NCBI RefSeq assembly: GCF_009914755.1
Contig: NC_060926.1
DNA from: the human T2T-CHM13v2.0 reference genome, Homo sapiens
Direction: 5' to 3' (one strand)
Length of the DNA stretch: 64,000 nucleotides
Part shown: positions 52,602 through 64,000 of the stretch, piece by piece
Layout: each line of letters begins with the position of its first letter
How positions within the stretch are numbered: the first letter of the stretch is position 1
Program-made: the position numbers and the translations under genes
The notes under the pieces: model-generated
Database searches by the model: none
Seen by the model: only the letters and a program-made list of their open reading frames with translations
What the model was told of the DNA's origin: nothing

Positions 52602-53895
52602 TTATTCTTCATAATCATAGCTATTTTATTTCTGACGGTTCGTGCTTCATAATTTTTATGAATGTTATTCCTCTGCTTAATTCCTTTGAAAGTCTTGAAC
52701 AAATTCTTTTTAAAGAAGTAATTTTCAGATACTCTAGTATTTTGTTTTTACCTGGTGTGAATGCTTCTCCATGTTGTGGTTTCTATTTTTGGCAGTCTTT
52801 CTTATTTCTCTCCCTCTCTCCTTTTCTCTGTTCCTTCTTCTCTTCCTTCATTCCTTCCTTCCTGTCCCCCTAGGCTTAACCTTCCTGGTCTCATAGTTTT
52901 GCCGTTACCTACTTTCTGGGCCTCCCAGGCCTAGACCTCGGTTTTATCCTATAGTATTGTAGATCCAGTTCCTTCTCTAGGGTCAAATTCCGTCTTTAAG
53001 ACTATGCCTGGTTCTTCCATGTCCCTAGGTATACAGATGTTTACAAGCCTGTAGCCCTAGGCAATTCCTTTCAAGGGGGTAGCCTTATCCCAGCCCTTGA
53101 TTTCATGTGAGTCTTCTGCCTCACATGGGTTATTTAGTTCTTAGTACCCTGTATGAGTCTTGCCCCTGGATGCCTCTGTTTGCTGTTGGCAGAATTGAGC
53201 TGGTCTACATCTTCAGGCTACTTACCATATTGTTTCTGTTCCATTTCTGGGCTATGGAGATGTTTTTAAGTGTGAAAATGCCTTACATTTTTCCCATTTT
53301 ATATTAAATCTATTATCACTATCATTTTGGATTGGCGTGGTCCTCAAAGCCCCATCTTGACTAGAAATCAACTAGCATTTGCTTCTCTGCAGTTCGTAAT
53401 CTAGCTTCCTCTCTCACCTTTCTCTTGGCAATTGCCCTCTCTGAAGTCACTGCTGTTGTTTCCGAGTCACTGAATGAAACCGTTTTTCCTTCAGCCCCCA
53501 TTTTCCTTCACTCCTCTGCAGCATCCAGCAGTGTTGACTGCTCTTCCTTTTACCTCTCTCCTGTTGGCTGTTAGGATGCTCTGCTGTCCCGGATCACTAC
53601 CTCTTCTGATGCTTCCAGTTTTTAAACTGCTTTCACTTTTTCTTCCCCTTTTGTAACTGTGGATGTCCCACAAGGCCAAGTCCTTGGTGCTCTGGTTTTA
53701 CCCTCTATTTCAGCTAATTTTGCTTATTCTCATCTTTGGTCATTGCTAAGTCCCTATCTGTTCACCAGGGCTTCCCCCTCCCCTGAGTTCTAAGCTACAG
53801 ATCTGCTTGTGACACGTTCCACTTGATGCCCTGCTGTTCCATCAAATTTCCTCCCCTTTAATCCTCCCAAATGCCATTACAGATATCATTATTCT

Positions 53896-54232
<337 letters not shown>

Positions 54233-54721
54233 TGATTCCTCATATTTTCTCCAGAGTCAGTTAATTATACATCCTATCCATCCTCTTTCCTGTCATTTCC
54301 TCTTTTTGCCATTGCACGGCTCACACACCTGCTATGGTCCCTTGTTATTTCTTCTTTTGGACCATTTTGGTATTCTTCCAGAGAAGCAGGACAGTTAAAT
54401 GTGGCAATATTTGGACTCATTTGTGTTCAAAATTTGTGATATGGATTCTTCCCACATCCCCTGCCCCAATAACAAAACTTACCTTATAAATATTCACAGC
54501 TTTCTTTGCTGCCCTCTCTCTGACACCAAGGAGGAAGAATTCTCTGATGAATGAGCAAAGTTTAAAGACTTTGTGTTTATGTGTTCTGGGTAATGGATTT
54601 ACTTTAGAAGAGCAAGAAACTGTTCAAAAGAAAAGAATTTAATTGAGCTGAAACCTAAAGGATGAGTAGGGACTCTCAGGACAACCCAGGGAAGGATGGA
54701 GTTGTATTCCAGATAGAGGGG

Positions 54722-55143
54722 TGGTATGGTTTGGAACTGTGTCCCCACCAAATCTCATGTCGAATTGTAATCCCCAGTGTTGGCGGTGGAGCCTGGCAGG
54801 AAGTGACAAGATCATGGGGACGTATTTCTCATGAATGGTTTAGCACTATCGTGTTGGTGCTGTTCTTATGATAGTGAGTTCTTGCAAGATCTGGTTGTTT
54901 CAAAGTACGTGGCACTTCCCCCCTTCGCTCTCTCTCTTGCCCTCACTCTAGTCATGTGAGATGTGTGCTTCTCCTTCACCTTCCACCATGACTGTAAGTT
55001 TCCTGAGGCCTCCCCAGAAACCAAGAAGATGACAGCATCATGCTTCCTGTATAGCACAAAGAACTGCGAGCTAGTTAAACCTCTTTTCTTTTTAAATTAC
55101 CCTGTCTCAGGTATTTATAGCAATGTGAGAATGGACTAATACA
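54722..55143 (+). mobile_element. MST (MSTB-like) solo LTR
   Basis: TGGTATGGTTTGG...GGACTAATACA; exact 5-bp TSD AGGGG. Confidence 0.92.
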
Positions 55144-57159
55144 AGGGGGAAGCACAAGCAAAGACAGAAGGAAAATACAACAGGGTGTCTGTGAGTGTGT
55201 GTGCACATTTGTGTGTGCATGTGGCGGGGTCTACAAAGAGTCACTGTGAACCAGGGAGTGGGGAGTGCTGAGAATGGACAGAAAAGATTCATGTGCCCAG
55301 TTGAGAAATATAATTTGAGGAGTCACAGAAGTATTGTTAAGTGAGAGTTGAGATCGCATGGCCACGTTCGTCGCCAGGTTTCTAACTTTGGATGGCATCT
55401 TTCACCACGCAGGACTCAATGGGGAGGAAGCAGGGGTATGGGTTGAGGATTCTGATGAGACTGTCACTACTACTCTTTCTTGCTTCATTAGTGTTGTTTG
55501 TGACACCCAGAAGAGCTGAAGGGGGCATCTTTGTGGGGAAGGAGTAGAAGGGTAGCCCTCAGAAAGGGGGTTCCTGGGATAGTCAGAATGTGTTTACCAG
55601 GAAGAGAGGCAGAATTAAGGGGCTGGCAACATAGCTGGGAAGTTGACTGCATGGGTTGTCATATCTAAAAGAGATTTCAAAGATGGAAACAGGAGCATGG
55701 GCGAAGTTGAGATCTCAGCCCCCTCATTTTACTGTTCCCCTACTTGTGAAATTCATTTTAGTTCTTCAGGGCCCATCTGAAATGCCAGCTTCTCTCTGAA
55801 GGTTTTCCTTTAGACCTTGGCTGGAAGATATCTCTTTCTCTTTGGAAACTCTATAACTTGTGGTTTGCAAGTATTTTATGGCTTTGTATTCCCCCTTATG
55901 TGTAAGATCCTTGAAGATTGTTTTGCATATCTTTGTATCTCCTCCACCACCTGAGACTCTCTGCTGTGTGTAGGATCTCTGCTGAAGAAATCATAATGGA
56001 ACTGAATCTGTACTTTCACAGGAAAAGTACATGCTACAGGATTTAATAAATATGAATCTTACATAAGGAAATAGCTCAAGGAATTTGAATATTTCAAAGC
56101 TCTATCCATATAAAGCCTGAATAATTCATGCAAATATTTGAAGAAAAGAACAAAAGCTTATCTAATATTTCAGTACACTGCTCTTTATTTTGGTCCATAA
56201 AAGGAGATCTTGTGCTTAGTTTTGGTGGTAAACTCAGCTTTAGCAGCTTTGAAATGCAGATTAGATCAATTACATCACAATTATATTTGAAAATTGAAAA
56301 ACAGCATTATCCAAAAGTCAAATTCCAAATTTATGCCTTTTCAAAGGAAGTGTCATTTGGAAAGAAACTGATTCACACCATGAAATATGTGGCATTTCTT
56401 TTGGTTTCCAGTCTCTTCTATAGTAGTAGAAGGCTCATGTGATATGCAGACATGTGCTTAATCAAATTTAGCTTTCCTTTTCAAGTTAAGAAAATGTATA
56501 TGAAGTATTTCTGAGATAAAAAGAGGCACAGTCTTTTTTTTTTTTTTTTTAGCACAAACATCTCCTATGCTGCTGCATTTGTCTTAATTCCTTATTTGAA
56601 AATTTGGCTTTGTTTATGTAATGTACAAATTCCTATTCACTTAAAACAGGACCAGAATAGCCTGGAACCCTATAGAGCTAAATGATATTTTAGAGTGCTG
56701 ATCCTCATTTTCTCTTCGGTAAAGAACACAACACGATTATTTGTATTTATCTTGTCGTACACACACTCAGGATTACTCACTGAGGAATGGGGCTCAAGTT
56801 TGGTTGCAAGACTTCCATTTACTAGGCTGTGTGATGTTGAGCAAGTCACTTAATCTCTGAGGTAAAATGAGGGGCCTGTTGCCTAAAATTCCGTGCTTCT
56901 GTAATTTAAGTATAATTGACCCAGATGTTTGATGATTACTTTGAAAATTGAAAAAAGATGCTAGTGGCCATAAGAAATTTGTACCACTGTGCCCCGAGTA
57001 GTGCTTCTGAAATAGTAACACAGGGAGAAGGTTGGGAGGCCCCTTCTTTGTCATTTACATAGGGTTTGTTTGTCTGAAGTAGCAGATGCCAAGTGTTAGG
57101 GGTCCAAAGATGCTACCAGAATTAGAGGAGATGGAGAAAAGGCTAACGGAATTTTCTTA

Positions 57160-58022
<863 letters not shown>

Positions 58023-59111
58023 GGCTGGTTATAGCTTTTTAAAACAATTTGCTTATTGTTTCTTAGTTTGTAGAAAGTTTCTCTTGGAGATTTGTGAAGG
58101 AAATACATGTGATCGCTTTTGTGATGTGTTCAGATGGAAAGAAAATCTAACTTTCATAAGAAAAATTGTATCACACTAGATGCAGGAAAAAAATAGATAT
58201 TCGAAGAACCACATACCAGATGCAGATGAAATGTAATGTATAAAGACTATTTTTATAATGATTTTTTAAATTTAGATTTTTACAATATGGATTTTAAAAT
58301 TTTATTTCACTTTTAATTGACTAATTTTATACATTTATAAGGTACAATATGTTGTTTCAATACATGTATACATTGCAAAATGATCAAATCAGGCTAATTA
58401 ACATATCTATCACCTTACATTCTTATTATTTCTTTGTAGTGAGAATATCTAAAATTGAAATACAGTCCTTTTTATTGTAACTGAGAGAAACAAGAGCAAT
58501 GTATATGTGGTAGAATTTAAAAGTCATATGTGTATATTTATATATGTACATCTACGTACAATTGCCTGTGTACATATAATTATCTGCTATATATTATGCA
58601 TATGTAATACATATGCACCTGTGTAAGTTGGAATTCTTATCTATTCTATAGAAAGAAAAGTTCTACATTGAAATATAGCCAACATCCAGTTAACTCTGAA
58701 AAAAAATCACATCATTGCTTGGCTTTTTCTGTTGTTACTTCCTGTTGGCCTAGTGGCAATGATTCATTATAATGCAATGTAATTCAATATCACATGGTGA
58801 ATTTAAATGGCTGTATAGGAAATCTGTAACACTGTTCTTGCTTAAAAATGTAAAACTTCAATAGAAGGCGGTTCATCAGAGAATTTGGTAACACCAAATA
58901 GTAAACGCTTTGATTTCAGTAATACTAAGACCCTGATAGAATTAAAATGTGACTGAATTTTACTTCTTAGTAATTATTTTATAGCTAATATGTAAAAAAA
59001 AAAAAACCACCCTTTTCATCAGTTCATTGTCTTTCTGAAAGTAGGCTGCTTCCATTATATGTACTGAAATATATTTTCCTAAATGTTAGGCTTATTTGAT
59101 ACAAGCACTCA

Positions 59112-59928
<817 letters not shown>

Positions 59929-61057
59929 CAAAACCAAACATTTTTGAGTTAAAAGCCCCTAATAAGGATGGCAGAATTAGATAAACAAATAGGTTCAATA
60001 AAGAAGATCTTGACAAAGTTTTAATCTACTAATTTAACGATAATGGAAATTAGTGGAATTCGAGAGTGAAGAAATTTCTGCATTTATAAAAGAATGAATA
60101 GAATTTTGGCAGAGAAGCCACTTTGTTTTTGAAACGAGTTAAGAATCAAGGAATAAATTAGGATGATGGCAATTACCTGGTTAATGATATCCAATATATG
60201 TAAATTATCTTTGCTGTGGGTAGGAAATTTGTTTATTTTCCATGAGCACTTCAAGAACCCCATTAACAAATTGAGTTACATCTTTTGACTCAACTTTCAT
60301 TATCTGAATAGTCCTGCTGGGACAGGTAATATTCTCCATTTGGGGCTACAAATGTTTGCATTAGAAATCAATCTATTTGTAAATGTTGTATTCAATTTTA
60401 CATGATCTTGATCTTATTTTGTTTAAATTTGTTGTTTTTTTCAATGACAAGTTGATGCTTCCATAATACATTTAAAAACATAACATACAATCCTGTAGTT
60501 CTGACTGAACTTTCGTCAGGTTTCAGCACTGTAAACCAAGAAACATCAACAGATGAAAAGTTCTCCTCCCAAAAGGGTTAAAAGTCTCCGGGGTTTCTAA
60601 CTAGATTGACTTCAGTATATTCTAGACATTCTTTTGCTGTTGCTTGGCTCATTTCCTTCTTGATAAGATTCTATTTTCCTTCCTCTTCCTCTTCTCTCTG
60701 TTACTTAATATAGCTCCAAAATATGGTATAGTCCTCCAAACCATTGCTTTCAGTGAATGTGTTTATTATGAGATAACTGAAGATTCTGGGGGCACGTGTG
60801 TTTCTTATGTTCCTGTTAGTTTGTTGCTTCCCAGTCCACTTCTGATATAATAGAATTTGGAACCAGATTTTTTTTTTTTTTTTTTGCTACCATTCTGACA
60901 TTGTAACAGCCTTTTCCATTCTCTTTGAACCAAGATTAAGCCACAATTCAGTCTTAAAACAATAAATCATCATTTGCTCCACATTCTTGACCCTTGGCTT
61001 AATAAGGAGAAACCTTAGGAGCAAACAAGCCTCTTTTACTCTTTCAAGTATTATCAC

Positions 61058-61468
61058 TGTGATTTGAATTTGTCCCCCAAAGTTCATGCATTGTAAACCT
61101 AATCCGCAACGCAACAGTGTTGAGAGGTTGGATCTTTAAGAGGTGATTAGGTTGTGAGGGCTCTGCCCTCATGCATGGATTAATGCCATTGTCTCCAGAG
61201 TGGGTCACTGATTGTGGGAGTGGGTCCTGATAAAATGATGAGTTCAGCCTCTGATGAGTTCAGCCTCCTTCCCCAGTCTCTCTTGCTCTCTCCCTCCCTC
61301 ACCTTCCTGCCTTCCACCATGGAATAACACAGCAAGAAGGCTGTTTCCAGATGCTGGCACTTTGCCCTCAGGCTTCCCAGACTCCAGAACTGTGAGAAAT
61401 AAATTTCTTTTCTTTTTAAATTACCCAGTCTATGGTATTGTTATAGCAACACAAAATGGACTAAGATG
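61058..61468 (+). mobile_element. MST-type MaLR solo LTR
   Basis: TTTGAATTTGTCCCCCAAAGTTCATG...CCAGAACTGTGAGAAATAAATTTC...GGACTAAGA. Confidence 0.88.
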
Positions 61469-62498
61469 GTAACTTTGGCATCTCCAGAGTGTAGTGAAAT
61501 AAGGACAATTCCAATTCCCTTTTTTTTTCTGTGACCCATTCCCTCACCTGGCAATGAAGGATCTTTGCTGCTTGATTGACATGTGCAAATGGTTAGCTGA
61601 ACCCCTTGATTCCATATGTCTCCCTCAAAATCACTTTACATCCTAAGGCCAGGATTTGGCCCCTCTCCCTAGGGCCACTGAAGTTTTAGCTAATTCCATT
61701 TGTATTAAAATACTGGTTAAGAGCTATAATGGAGGGTGATTGACTCTGAATCTTGACAAATTTAGAATCTTTTCCGGCTATTCAATCAGGCTTTGCCAAC
61801 CTTCATTTCCTTTATTTTTCAAATGAAGAAAATGAAGCAGGTAATTAAGGATAAATTTCTTGTGTGAGACAACATGGGGAGCCTGTGGCACTTCCAGAAT
61901 TAGGCCAGGAATCCCTCTGCCAGGGAATTCAGTAGAAATCTCTGCCAAGTTATCTCTTTGATGTCTATCTCCGCAATTCTTATTTGCTTTGAAAACTACT
62001 GCCTCCTACCTTCGTTTCAGATGTGGAAATTGAAGCTGTAATAAATGTTAAGTATCCTAAAAGCAGGACTCACATAGCAAATTCAAGGCACAACAAGGAT
62101 TCTCAATCGTTGTGTGTTTGTGCTTTTTTCTAACAATTCCTGCCTACTGCCTTCCTGTGTTAAGATAGGGAGAAGAGGATTGTGGCAGATTCTGGTGTTT
62201 TAGTGCCATATGCTCTCTTCATATGAATGCTATTAATCATCTGATTACAGTAAATTGATTTAAGTGCTGGTGAGATCAACATCTCCTGAAATTTATTAAT
62301 CTATTTATTGAACACCTACTGCATACAATGTAGTACATTAGGTTCTTTTGGGGGAAAATGAAAAACAAAAAACAAAAAACAAAAAGCATATGCTCCTGAC
62401 AGAGTATCTTATACTATAGTTAGGAAACCACATCTACATAAAATGATATTAGAAAACAGCATATGAAAACATATTTCCTTCATCCCATAGTAAGATGA

Positions 62499-62857
<359 letters not shown>

Positions 62858-63752
62858 TGACCCCTTAGAATGAGATCTATTTTGCTCGCAAAGTGGGATC
62901 AAACCAGAATCCGTTTCTTCCACATTTTCTTGACATGCTTTGCATTTCATTTAGCAATTTCTTTGAGTTTCTCTTCCATGTTACATTTCTTCTTGACATA
63001 GAAACTAGATTTTCAATGGTAGACATTACTAGCCATTTTGAGCCAGACTTGACTATGTGGTTGGTTGGATTCCCACTGACAAGTATCATGGTGGGCACTC
63101 CGACACACCATTTCTCTAGCTGCTTCCATGTGAGTGCCTCCAGGCAGCCAGAGATTATTTTCTCTTCCCTTGCCTGCATCTGTTTACTCCTCCCCATTGG
63201 ATAGGGCCAGCTTGGGTGACAACATTCCACTGGACTGTAGCACAGTGCACGATCTATCAGCTCAATTGGGATTCTGCCTTTGGGGAAGTGCTTCCTTTCA
63301 GGGACTAGAGAGGTAAGAGAAACTAGTCCTGCCTGGTAGGAGACCTGGCTCCTTCTTCCCCCAATCCCCTTTGCCTGTTTTTGATGCTTTGGTTCTGCTC
63401 TTTGCTGGGTGAAGGAAGACAGCAGTGTTGGCTGCTTTAGTTTTGGGCTTCCCTACTATGGCACCATTTGGGGCAGCAGCCTAGATGGTGCTGTACTTGG
63501 TGGGGGACAACCCCTCACCCCCAAGCATTTTGCTGCTTCTCTCTGGCTGACGTGTTTCCCTTTTAATGTGTACTATAAAAGAAAAGAAGAGGAAGAAAGA
63601 GAGAGGAAGGGAGATGAGGGAGAGTGGGAAGGAGAAAAAATATTAATTTTTGTTCTTATGTGAAATTAACGTCTTACTTGCTTTGTGTCTCCTCTTACCC
63701 AAGTTGGCTGCAGTGATGCCCTCTCTGACACAGTAGGTCAGAGACCCTGAGG

Positions 63753-63761
63753 TTCGTTCGT

Positions 63762-63796
<35 letters not shown>

Positions 63797-63815
63797 CTCT
63801 CTCTCTTTCTCTCTT

Positions 63816-63850
<35 letters not shown>

Positions 63851-63867
63851 TTCTCTCTTTCTCTCTT

Positions 63868-63901
<34 letters not shown>

Positions 63902-63927
63902 GCTTTCTCGCTTTCTCTCTTTCTCTC

Positions 63928-63980
<53 letters not shown>

Positions 63981-64000
63981 GATGGAGTCTCACTTTGTTG
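63753..64000. repeat. ~230-bp (CTTT)n/(CT)n polypyrimidine tract forming the tail of a minus-strand Alu (begins ~63981)
   Basis: Almost pure C/T, followed by GATGGAGTCTCAC. Confidence 0.95.

Noticed and set aside
63643-63993. 116-aa RE/KE-rich ORF
   Set aside because: Translation of the (CT)n/(CTTT)n microsatellite.

Overview
This is primate, almost certainly human, genomic DNA, not a prokaryotic or viral window. The only supportable protein-coding sequence is the 96-bp first coding exon of MAP4K3 (GLK) on the minus strand (13775-13870, [32 protein letters not shown]). It lies in a CpG island (~13300-15100). Positions 1-13774 are the proximal part of MAP4K3 intron 1. Positions ~14200-64000 are upstream sequence, which from recall hosts the divergent lncRNA MAP4K3-DT. 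The rest is mostly interspersed repeats: ~44 Alus or Alu fragments, old L1/L2/MIR/CR1, MaLR, MER41 and LTR16 LTRs, Tigger/MER2/MER94 DNA elements and microsatellites. I found no new multi-gene system. The best leads are: (i) a dense regulatory cassette at the MAP4K3 5' end (a CATG that is a start codon on both strands, a uORF, an in-frame GUG/poly-Ala extension, a G4/hairpin switch beside the AUG, and a CLEAR-like E-box); (ii) an L1-mobilised, polyadenylated MER41 LTR retrocopy; and (iii) a TSD-supported four-element nested insertion. Repeat subfamily names are by-eye calls and repeat boundaries are approximate.
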